This document shows positions 9,010 through 16,468 of a DNA stretch of 64,000 nucleotides, in pieces. The position numbers and the translations under genes were made by a program. A model generated the notes under the pieces. The model was not told the DNA's origin, ran no database searches, and saw only the letters and a list, made by a program, of their open reading frames with translations. Each line of letters opens with the position of its first letter. Position 1 is the stretch's first letter. Location of the stretch: IMG/VR virus record IMGVR_UViG_3300025276_000020; one strand, given 5' to 3'. The DNA is from a virus.

Positions 9010-9029
9010 GATAGGTGTGAAAGTTAGTA

Positions 9030-10238
9030 ATGATAGATACAAGCAAGTTCCAGGACGTGATAACAGGCTTAAAAAATAGCGGTAATTACAGAGTCTTTAA
9101 TGACATAATACGTGAGAGAGGTGAATTCCCTCAAGCATTATATTACGGTCCATATAACATTAAGAACATAGTTAATTGGTGTAGTAATGACTATCTGGGC
9201 ATGGGACAACACAAAGTAGTATTAGATGCAATGCACACGGCTTTAGATCAGACTGGTGCAGGTAGTGGCGGTACTAGAAATATTGCAGGTACTAGCCACT
9301 ATCATGTTGCATTAGAGCGTGAACTTGCCGAATTGCACAATAAAGAAAGCGCACTGTTGTATACTAGTGCTTATGTGGCAAACGAGTGGACGTTAATTGC
9401 TCTCAGTAAGATTATTCCAGATATAGAATTTGTGAGCGACAGTAAGAACCACGCAAGTCTTATTCAAGGCATGAAACACAGTGGTGCACCCAAGCACGTA
9501 TTTGAACACAATAACATGGAACAGTTGCGTGAAGTCCTATCTAATATAAAGGGTACTCCTTGCATTGTGTTTGAAAGCGTGTATAGTATGGATGGATATG
9601 TAAGCTTAATCGAAGAGATACTGGATATAGCTGAAGAATATAAAGCTATGACGTATATAGATGAAGTACATGCTGTTGGATTATATGGAAATACTGGCGC
9701 AGGATTCACTGAGTTATTGGGAGTGCAACATAGAGTTGACTTCATCAATGGAACGCTAGGTAAGGCTTTTGGTTGTCAAGGAGGATACATATCTGGCGAT
9801 GCCATTGCTATCGATGCTATACGCAGTATTGCGAGTGGATTCATATTTACAACAAGTCTAAGCCCAGTGATGTGTGCAGGTGCATTGAGTGCTATCAAGT
9901 ATCTTAAGAGCAGTAATGGTGTGGAGCTGAGAGCTATTCACCAAGAACGTGCAAAGAAACTAAAAGACGTACTCAAGGAAAGAGATATAGATGTGCTAGA
10001 GAATGAAACTCATATCGTGCCTGTTATGATAGGAGATGCTGTAAGATGTAAGTCTGTCAGCGATGAACTTATTACACGTTACGATATATATGTACAACCT
10101 ATAAATTATCCGACAGTATCTATGGGAACTGAAAGACTTAGATTTGCGCCTACTCCACTACACACAGATGCTATGATGCTCGATTTAGCTGAAAAACTCA
10201 AAGAAATAATAGGATTTAGAAAGTCAAACTTTTTATAA
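9030..10238 (+). CDS. hemA: 5-aminolevulinate synthase (PLP-dependent, C4 pathway)
   Basis: WCSNDYLGMGQH, GAGSGGTRNI, NHASLIQG, ESVYSMDG, DEVHAVGLYG, GTLGKAFG, FIFTTSL, YVQPINYPTV, ERLRFAP. Confidence 0.95.
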   Translation: MIDTSKFQDVITGLKNSGNYRVFNDIIRERGEFPQALYYGPYNIKNIVNWCSNDYLGMGQHKVVLDAMHTALDQTGAGSGGTRNIAGTSHYHVALERELAELHNKESALLYTSAYVANEWTLIALSKIIPDIEFVSDSKNHASLIQGMKHSGAPKHVFEHNNMEQLREVLSNIKGTPCIVFESVYSMDGYVSLIEEILDIAEEYKAMTYIDEVHAVGLYGNTGAGFTELLGVQHRVDFINGTLGKAFGCQGGYISGDAIAIDAIRSIASGFIFTTSLSPVMCAGALSAIKYLKSSNGVELRAIHQERAKKLKDVLKERDIDVLENETHIVPVMIGDAVRCKSVSDELITRYDIYVQPINYPTVSMGTERLRFAPTPLHTDAMMLDLAEKLKEIIGFRKSNFL

Positions 10239-10241
10239 ATA
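10234..10241 (+). promoter_or_regulatory. T4-type late promoter
   Basis: TATAAATA upstream of 10275. Confidence 0.7.
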
Positions 10242-10274
10242 AGACTAGTAAATCAAATAATAAGGAACCCAATC

Positions 10275-10979
10275 GTGTTAACGTTTGAAAATTATCTTAA
10301 AGAAGAGTTTGTTACCCTTAAGAGGGAACTAGAAGAAGGTGTCAACGATCCAGCTATTTTTAAAGCAGTGTTCTTAGCCGGTGGACCTGGCTCTGGTAAA
10401 TCATTCATTGTTGGTAAGACTGGACTCACATCGCTTGGATTCAAAGTTGTCAACTCTGATGACGCATTCGAGAAAGCAATGGCTAAAGCAGGTATGGAGA
10501 TGGACCCAGAGAATATCTTCTCTGTGCAAGGTCAAGAGTTACGTGGTAAAGCAAAAGTCTTAACAGGCGTTAAGCAAGCAATGTATATTAAAGGTCGTTT
10601 AGGGTTAGTCATCGATGGTACTGGTAAAGATACTCAGAAGTTGATCAAACAGGCAAAATCGTTAAAATCTATTGGGTATGACACTAGTATGATCTTTGTT
10701 AACACCGATCTAGCTACAGCGCAGTCACGTAATAAAGCACGTAAACGTACACTACCTGAAGATGAAGTAGAGCAGTATTGGACAACAGTTCAGAAAAACA
10801 TTGGTGCATTCCAGACGTTTTTCGGCAAGCAAAAGTTTACTGTAGTAGATAACTCTGAAGGTAAAGACTACGGCGTAGAGACTCTACGAGCTTATAAAGA
10901 AGTCACTAAATTCGTGAAAGCAAAGCCTGATAATTCCAGTGCTAAAGCATGGATTAAGGCACAACGAAAAACAAGGTAA
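10275..10979 (+). CDS. P-loop kinase, zeta-toxin/AAA_33-like
   Basis: Walker A GGPGSGKS, VNSDD, LVIDGTG, R-N-x-x-R-x-R lid. Confidence 0.8.
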   Translation: MLTFENYLKEEFVTLKRELEEGVNDPAIFKAVFLAGGPGSGKSFIVGKTGLTSLGFKVVNSDDAFEKAMAKAGMEMDPENIFSVQGQELRGKAKVLTGVKQAMYIKGRLGLVIDGTGKDTQKLIKQAKSLKSIGYDTSMIFVNTDLATAQSRNKARKRTLPEDEVEQYWTTVQKNIGAFQTFFGKQKFTVVDNSEGKDYGVETLRAYKEVTKFVKAKPDNSSAKAWIKAQRKTR

Positions 10980-10993
10980 TCTTAGGAGGCAAT

Positions 10994-11143
10994 ATGTCTA
11001 ACGTGATCGAATTTCCTACAAAGCCGAAGCCTACCGAAGTTGAACTTCAAGCTACACAAATAGGAGAACAGGCTACCCTTATTGAATTGCAGATGCTAGA
11101 GATACAAAAACTCCAGCGTCTTATGGAAGAGAAAGATATTTAA
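10994..11143 (+). CDS. 49-aa coiled-coil protein (not in ORF track)
   Basis: AGGAGG SD; MSNVIEFPTKPKP...LMEEKDI*. Confidence 0.6.
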   Translation: MSNVIEFPTKPKPTEVELQATQIGEQATLIELQMLEIQKLQRLMEEKDI

Positions 11144-11178
11144 TGTAACGCATTGAGCGTTTGAATTGGAGATGTTAA

Positions 11179-11715
11179 TTGAATTTAAAAGAACTAACGT
11201 GGGATAACCACAGAGATGCTGAACGCAAGAAGTTTGCATCAATCCTAATGAGTGGCAAGATAGACCCAGCCCTCTATCATCGATACCTCGTAAATCAATT
11301 TTATAACTACGTTTCACTAGAGTACAAGTTACCTCTAACGGAACTTGGTCTGACCGATATTGCCAGGTCTCAATTGATAGGAGAAGATATTCGTGAACTC
11401 GAAGACTTATATGGATTTGATAGAATGGATATTACAATCGCACAATGTACTAAGGATTATACCGAGTACTGCGAGAACTTATATGAGAATGATAAAGATG
11501 GTCTAGTGGCACATATGTATGTCCGACACTTTGGAGATATGTACGGCGGAGCTATGATCGCTAAACGTATTCCTGGTAGTGGCAAGATGTACCAGTTTGA
11601 GAAAGTAGAAGAACTAAAAACGAATGTTCGTAATCTGTTGAGTGACAGTATGGCACCAGAGGCTAATAGATGTTTTAAATTTGCAATAAGGCTATTTGAG
11701 GAGTTATTACAATGA
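11179..11715 (+). CDS. hemO: heme oxygenase (biliverdin-producing)
   Basis: LKELT..NH..AE proximal His; AHMYVRHFGDMYGG distal helix. Confidence 0.92.
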   Translation: MNLKELTWDNHRDAERKKFASILMSGKIDPALYHRYLVNQFYNYVSLEYKLPLTELGLTDIARSQLIGEDIRELEDLYGFDRMDITIAQCTKDYTEYCENLYENDKDGLVAHMYVRHFGDMYGGAMIAKRIPGSGKMYQFEKVEELKTNVRNLLSDSMAPEANRCFKFAIRLFEELLQ

Positions 11716-11864
11716 AAGAAAGTAAGAGCGAACTTGACGCAACATACGAGAAAGTCATGGAAGCATTCGATAGGCGAGAACATCGCCAAAAACGAATGAA
11801 CCTGATGATCTTAGGTCTATATGCAGTAATAGTGATTACTATGTTTGTGGGAGCATGGTTATGA
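11712..11864 (+). CDS. 50-aa C-terminally anchored membrane peptide (not in ORF track)
   Basis: MKESKSELDA...LMILGLYAVIVITMFVGAWL*; ATGA overlaps with both hemO and pcyX. Confidence 0.65.
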   Translation: MKESKSELDATYEKVMEAFDRREHRQKRMNLMILGLYAVIVITMFVGAWL

Positions 11865-12544
11865 GTATAGTATGGAAAAGTCTCATCGATCTACAAGATC
11901 ACTTCATAGAGGAGTTTTCTGGCAGTGGAATCGAAGTACAAGAACCTGGTATGGAGCAGTTCAACAAACCTGGTTGGGTAAATAGAGTTTGGACATCCCA
12001 AGACTATCGTAGGGCACACGTTGATGTTGTCGATATGCGTGAAGAGAAGAAGATGTGGATGATGCACGTCTGTGTGTTTCCTCACACCGATAGTGATGCA
12101 CCTATCTATGGATTTGATGTAATAGCTGGTGCTAATAAGATGACTGGCGCATTCCACGATTTCTCTGCTACGACTAATATAGAACACCCAATGATTGATT
12201 GGTTTGGTACGGTCGCATCTGCACTATCATGGAAGAGAGAGCGAGAGTTACCTGAATGGGCTAAAGCTATATTCACTGATCATATGATTGCCGCAGGTAT
12301 GGTTAAAGATCCTATAGAGATTGCACAGATAACTGGCACGGCAATGGAAACACTATCATATTATCTCAAAGAAATCGGTAACTATAACGGATACTCTTCA
12401 CAAGAATTGGGCATAGCCACACAGAATAACTATGCACATTATCAGAAACAGAATCCTCACACACCTAACGTAATGAAGAGCCTAGGCATCGATCCTGATG
12501 ACGTAGACTTATTCATTCAGAAGTGTCTTTTTCCAGAGCTTTAA
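11861..12544 (+). CDS. pcyX: ferredoxin-dependent bilin reductase, PcyX-type
   Basis: WVNRVW, RRAHVDVVD, HVCVFP, PIYGFDVIAG, GAFHDFS, ERELPEWAKAIF, QKQNPHTP, LFP; adjacent to heme oxygenase. Confidence 0.88.
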   Translation: MSIVWKSLIDLQDHFIEEFSGSGIEVQEPGMEQFNKPGWVNRVWTSQDYRRAHVDVVDMREEKKMWMMHVCVFPHTDSDAPIYGFDVIAGANKMTGAFHDFSATTNIEHPMIDWFGTVASALSWKRERELPEWAKAIFTDHMIAAGMVKDPIEIAQITGTAMETLSYYLKEIGNYNGYSSQELGIATQNNYAHYQKQNPHTPNVMKSLGIDPDDVDLFIQKCLFPEL

Positions 12545-12630
12545 TAGTCTTTCGTATACATAGAAAGTAGGGTAATTCTGCCCTACATTTTGTGAGCGAC
12601 AGGGTAAAGCTGTCAAACAAGGAGAAAGAT

Positions 12631-12945
12631 ATGAAATCATTACTAGTTGTAATACTAGCAGTACTGTCTACGAGCGCATTCGCCGCACCATACGTAGAAT
12701 ATTCGAATCAACAACGATACACAGACCTGGACTACTCAGGTAAGTACAATCATGTACGCATTGGATACAAAGCAGACAATGGAATATACCTCGAAGCAGG
12801 TAGAGATCAAGACGGCAACGCTTTTGAGACTGGATATAGTTTCAATTTTAACGAGCGACTGAGCATTAATGGTAAGTGGGAAGGTTCCAATACCGATAAG
12901 CTGAGACACACTGTTGAGACTGAGATCAGGTACACATTTAAGTAA
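12631..12945 (+). CDS. small outer-membrane beta-barrel-like protein
   Basis: Signal peptide ending AFA; alternating aromatic strands; C-terminal EIRYTFK beta-signal. Confidence 0.7.
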   Translation: MKSLLVVILAVLSTSAFAAPYVEYSNQQRYTDLDYSGKYNHVRIGYKADNGIYLEAGRDQDGNAFETGYSFNFNERLSINGKWEGSNTDKLRHTVETEIRYTFK

Positions 12946-12954
12946 GGATATATT

Positions 12955-13914
12955 ATGGAACTACTAACTATCTGGAGCCTTATTGGGTTTCTTTTTGCCG
13001 CTTATGCAGTAATTGCAAATGATTCAGTGCAGACGCTCGGCACTTGGATGGCATCAAACAATGAGCGATTCAACTACAAGACTATGTGGGCAGCCGCAAG
13101 TGCTGTGCTACTAGCAACACTGTGGTATGGTTGGACTGTAAATGGTGGAGACATCAGTTATGGTCGATTGAATAAGATTCCCTGGCAAGAAGTTCAGTGG
13201 TATCATGCCGCCGCACCAGGAATACTCGTACTACTTACAAGACTAGGTGTACCGGTATCAACATCCTTTCTAGTGTTGAGTGCTTTTGCAAGTACTTTTG
13301 TGCTAGAAAAGATGTTGATGAAGAGCATCATGGGTTATGGTATTGCCGCTCTGTTTGCATACGGTGTGTGGTACGTTGTATCACGTACACTTGATGAGGC
13401 AGAACCAGTACAAGAAAAGAACAAAAACTATTGGCGAATAGCGCAGTGGTTTGCAACAGGCGGATTATGGTGGACTTGGTTGTCGCATGATATGGCTAAT
13501 ATTGCTGTGTTCTTACCTCGTGTTGTGCCAGTCGATCTAATGTTCTTGATATCATCTGTTTTCGTGATTGGTCTATTCTTTATGTTTAAAGAACGAGGTG
13601 GTAAGATTCAACAGATTGTACTAGAGAAGCACAACACAAGATATGTCCGTAGTGCAACTCTGATCGATTTGTTCTATTGGTTATGTCTGTACTTCTTCAA
13701 AGAACTTAATGATATTCCTATGTCAACTACGTGGGTCTTTGTTGGTATGCTTGCTGGTCGTGAACTTGCTATCGCAACGTTTACAGGTAAGATGAAAATA
13801 AAATCTGTATTCCCTTTAGTGGGAAGAGACTTTATGAAGATGATGATTGGACTCGGTGCTTCAGTTGCTATCGTCTTAACAATACATTATGTACTGATAC
13901 CAAACGGACTATAA
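12955..13914 (+). CDS. PiT/PHO4-like membrane transporter
   Basis: Multi-TM with duplicated signatures ANDSVQTLG / HDMANIA and GVPVSTS / IPMSTT. Confidence 0.65.
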   Translation: MELLTIWSLIGFLFAAYAVIANDSVQTLGTWMASNNERFNYKTMWAAASAVLLATLWYGWTVNGGDISYGRLNKIPWQEVQWYHAAAPGILVLLTRLGVPVSTSFLVLSAFASTFVLEKMLMKSIMGYGIAALFAYGVWYVVSRTLDEAEPVQEKNKNYWRIAQWFATGGLWWTWLSHDMANIAVFLPRVVPVDLMFLISSVFVIGLFFMFKERGGKIQQIVLEKHNTRYVRSATLIDLFYWLCLYFFKELNDIPMSTTWVFVGMLAGRELAIATFTGKMKIKSVFPLVGRDFMKMMIGLGASVAIVLTIHYVLIPNGL

Positions 13915-13915
13915 A

Positions 13916-14062
13916 ATGATAGATAGGGTCAGGAAAGCATTGACAGGTAAAAGATCACGTGTTATACTGATCCTATCCTTCACATTCTTCTTAGTGAAGG
14001 GTCTCGCATGGTTAGCTCTATGGGCATATGCGATGTATTTTGGTTACACATTTTTTGATTAA
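13916..14062 (+). CDS. 48-aa membrane peptide (not in ORF track)
   Basis: MIDRVRKALTGKRSRVILILSFTFFLVKGLAWLALW...*. Confidence 0.5.
   Translation: MIDRVRKALTGKRSRVILILSFTFFLVKGLAWLALWAYAMYFGYTFFD
13940..13968 (+). promoter_or_regulatory. sigma70-type promoter upstream of tmRNA
   Basis: TTGACA-17nt-TATACT with TG extension. Confidence 0.55.
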
Positions 14063-14066
14063 TGTC

Positions 14067-14104
14067 TTGACAAGTGCGTCAAAATGGTGTAAACTGTATA
14101 AATA
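14067..14104 (+). promoter_or_regulatory. stacked sigma70 and T4 late promoters for tmRNA
   Basis: TTGACA(14067)-17-TAAACT(14090); TATAAATA 14097-14104. Confidence 0.65.
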
Positions 14105-14110
14105 AGACGT

Positions 14111-14402
14111 AGGTTGACAGTTGTTAATCTACAATTTGATTTGTTGAAGCAGATTGATACTGAACAGGACTCGGGTTCGAATCCCGACAGCTCCACCAAA
14201 AGCATACTGAATATGGCTAGTATGTTTTTGATGGGGCTGAACTGGGAATCGACTGGCAGGGTAGAAAAGTGGAGAATCCGGGTACGAGCTCCGTTAACGC
14301 AAGAAACTAAAGTAAACGCAAACGATAATTTTGCTCCTGTAGACTACGCCCTAGCGGCATAGTTGTACGGGGTTCGCCAGTACCTGTCAACAGAAACTGG
14401 CA
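14111..14402 (+). ncRNA. ssrA: circularly permuted (two-piece) tmRNA
   Basis: T-arm and acceptor 3' strand CAGCTCCACCA ending 14198 precede the 5' strand GGGGCTG at 14233 (G3.U wobble); hairpin intervening segment; tag frame 14318-14362 ANDNFAPVDYALAA*; outer ends approximate. Confidence 0.93.
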
Positions 14403-14435
14403 CCTTTTTACGAAACAAACAAAGAAAGAAAACAG

Positions 14436-14798
14436 ATGAAAAACGTAATTTTGGCTACGGCCGCACTAGTAGCCTCAGCATCAGCAGTCGCCGCATTCGA
14501 TGTGACTGACACATTTAGTATTGACAGCGAAGTAAAAACGTGGTATAATACAAGTCAATCAACATGGACTGCACACTACGAAGTTAAACCAACTTACTCA
14601 CCCTCGGCTCTACCAGGTATGGCTGTATATGTGATGAACGATGGCGATCTACGTGATGTAAAGTATGATGGCGTTGAACTTGGAATGGAATACAAAATGG
14701 ATAACTCAATGGTTAGCCCAGTATTGAAAGCCAAGGTAGGATATGATGAAGATTGGAATCGTGGTGACATTTTTGTCGGTGCAACTTTCAACTTCTAA
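14436..14798 (+). CDS. small outer-membrane beta-barrel-like protein
   Basis: Signal peptide; amphipathic strands; C-terminal FVGATFNF. Confidence 0.7.
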   Translation: MKNVILATAALVASASAVAAFDVTDTFSIDSEVKTWYNTSQSTWTAHYEVKPTYSPSALPGMAVYVMNDGDLRDVKYDGVELGMEYKMDNSMVSPVLKAKVGYDEDWNRGDIFVGATFNF

Positions 14799-14807
14799 AG
14801 TATAGGC

Positions 14808-14834
14808 TTGGTGCACCTTAACGCACCAACTTTT
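14808..14834 (+). terminator. probable intrinsic terminator
   Basis: TTGGTGC-8nt-GCACCAA then CTTTT. Confidence 0.55.
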
Positions 14835-14862
14835 AACATTAACTACAACACGGTGAAAAATT

Positions 14863-15120
14863 ATGACAGGTATTATTATCCCCTCAAGCGATCACGACAA
14901 AAAGCGTATCAAAGAATGTATGCAAGAGATAAGTAACTCTTATCTACGACAGGAAGCTGAACGTGAGTTTGTCAAAGAAGCCCTAATCTCTCTAGAAGAC
15001 GATGTAGGCATCCCCAAAAAATATCTAGGTAAAATGGCTCGTATCTATCATAAGCAGAACATGAGCGAATTGCTGTCCGAAATCTGTGAGATCGAAGCTT
15101 TATTGGAAAGTGTTCAATAA
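14863..15120 (+). CDS. dsbA: T4 DsbA-like dsDNA-binding protein
   Basis: EISNSY.R.EAER, KMARIYHKQN motifs; synteny dsbA-33-59-32. Confidence 0.75.
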   Translation: MTGIIIPSSDHDKKRIKECMQEISNSYLRQEAEREFVKEALISLEDDVGIPKKYLGKMARIYHKQNMSELLSEICEIEALLESVQ

Positions 15121-15124
15121 ACAC

Positions 15125-15153
15125 TTGACACGAGCCCAATTCGATGTTATACT
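15125..15153 (+). promoter_or_regulatory. sigma70-type promoter
   Basis: TTGACA-17nt-TATACT with TG extension. Confidence 0.7.
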
Positions 15154-15184
15154 ATACAAGTATAAACAATAGAGGAGTATCTTA

Positions 15185-15394
15185 ATGAATCATATCAAGA
15201 CATATTTCAAAGAAGGCACCGATGGTGCGAGAGCAGAAGTCTTCTTAGAAGAAGGGGTCTACTGTATTCGATATTACATGGGTATTGGAGATACTGAGTT
15301 TTTCCGTAGAGAGGAGTTTGAAGACAAGTCTAGGCAATATGTCGAAGATGCGGCTGAGAATTGGGCTTTAGGAATTAAGGTACTAAATGGCTAG
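15185..15394 (+). CDS. hypothetical phage protein
   Basis: GAGGAG SD; C-terminal YVEDAAENWALG. Confidence 0.7.
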   Translation: MNHIKTYFKEGTDGARAEVFLEEGVYCIRYYMGIGDTEFFRREEFEDKSRQYVEDAAENWALGIKVLNG

Positions 15395-15575
15395 AGTTAC
15401 ATATAACGAGCCAACACTCTATAACGTTGATATAGACCCTAAAGAAGGCAAAGTAATCTTAGGTGGTGAAGAGTATATTATTAATAATAAACGTGAAGCA
15501 AGCGTTTTTAAAACAGCCTATTTACTGGGCAGGGAGCATAAAAAATCGCAAATACTAAAGACATTGGGCTTATAG
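15387..15575 (+). CDS. hypothetical protein
   Basis: Overlaps the upstream stop; operon context. Confidence 0.6.
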   Translation: MARVTYNEPTLYNVDIDPKEGKVILGGEEYIINNKREASVFKTAYLLGREHKKSQILKTLGL

Positions 15576-15598
15576 CACAACTAAATTCTGAAACGATA

Positions 15599-15793
15599 AT
15601 GAAAGAAATTTCAGCAAATATCGCTAAGGGTGTACCATACATTGATGCAGTGATTGTATACGCAGAATCGTATGGACTGGAAGTAGAGGTAGTTGGAGAG
15701 ATCATTCGAAGATCACCTGTACTTAAGGCAAAGATTTATAGAGAAGCAGAAGAACTAAATATGGTAGAGAAGTTAACAAGGCTGCCAGTGTGA
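15599..15793 (+). CDS. 33: late transcription coactivator gp33
   Basis: YIDAVIVYAE...LKAKIYREAEELN...LP; upstream of gp59; the frame stays open 5' of 15599, so the start may be earlier. Confidence 0.85.
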   Translation: MKEISANIAKGVPYIDAVIVYAESYGLEVEVVGEIIRRSPVLKAKIYREAEELNMVEKLTRLPV

Positions 15794-16395
15794 CAGACCG
15801 ATCAATGTACTCAACTAGAGAGGCGTTTGAACTCTATAGCTACTACATTGCTCTGAAGAAGCACTTTACCACTTCGTATGATTTTCACAAATATGGTGGT
15901 AAGATGAGGTTGTCTGTAGATAGTTTTGAACGCAGAAAAGATAAGTTCTTCTTCTATAAGTTGGGAAAGCGTAAGGACTCTAAAGAGTTTCTACTCGCTA
16001 ATGTGATTGATAATCCAGAAATATGGATTGGCAATTTGATAGATAACAAGACCGCTGATGAGATATTCAGAGAGTGGTCAAAGAGACAACAGTCTTTGGG
16101 ATACGTGTTTGGCAATGAGCTAGATGAATTGAACGAAGACTTTAACTCTAACTTTATTGTTGAAGACGGACAGTACTCTAGGGTATTACAACTCTACAAC
16201 ATGAAGCGACTGAGCATCGAAACTCTAGTCATCTTAGATGATCTGACAGGATGCTTTAAATATTGGGATAAGAATATCAACGATACCATCGTTTATCCTA
16301 ATATAAATAAGATTGTTAAGAAATATCGACCTTTTTTAAATTATGATAAAGTGAAAATGAAGAAAATATGTCTTGACAAATACACCGCGGTCTAG
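15790..16395 (+). CDS. 59: helicase loader gp59
   Basis: YIALKKHFTTSYDFHKYGGK, RKDKFFF.KL, SIETLVILD, KY.PF. Confidence 0.92.
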   Translation: MTDRSMYSTREAFELYSYYIALKKHFTTSYDFHKYGGKMRLSVDSFERRKDKFFFYKLGKRKDSKEFLLANVIDNPEIWIGNLIDNKTADEIFREWSKRQQSLGYVFGNELDELNEDFNSNFIVEDGQYSRVLQLYNMKRLSIETLVILDDLTGCFKYWDKNINDTIVYPNINKIVKKYRPFLNYDKVKMKKICLDKYTAV

Positions 16396-16401
16396 TATAA
16401 T
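16302..16401 (+). promoter_or_regulatory. late and sigma70 promoters for gene 32
   Basis: TATAAATA 16302-16309; TTGACA(16373)-17-TATAAT(16396). Confidence 0.75.
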
Positions 16402-16468
16402 AGACCAATACAACGATATACATCGTAACATAAACCGCTATATATAGCATAATACAGGAAATACTAAT

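Noticed and set aside
10275-10979. Epsilon/zeta toxin-antitoxin pair
   Set aside because: No adjacent antitoxin-like gene; only the kinase fold is supported.
11712-11864. Light-harvesting alpha/beta-like peptide
   Set aside because: Size and single TM fit, but there is no pigment-ligating His in the TM helix.
11861-12544. Cyanophage pebS/pcyA and a cyanobacterial host
   Set aside because: Motifs fit PcyX better, no photosynthesis genes are in the window, and ALAS plus the alpha-type tmRNA point to an alphaproteobacterial host.
14165-14198. Stand-alone tRNA gene or attP-like tRNA fragment
   Set aside because: No anticodon arm; the matching acceptor 5' strand lies downstream, which is explained by the permuted tmRNA; no integrase nearby.
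14114-14362. 82-aa ORF in the ORF track
   Set aside because: It overlies the tmRNA; only its last 14 codons are meaningful, as the tag reading frame.
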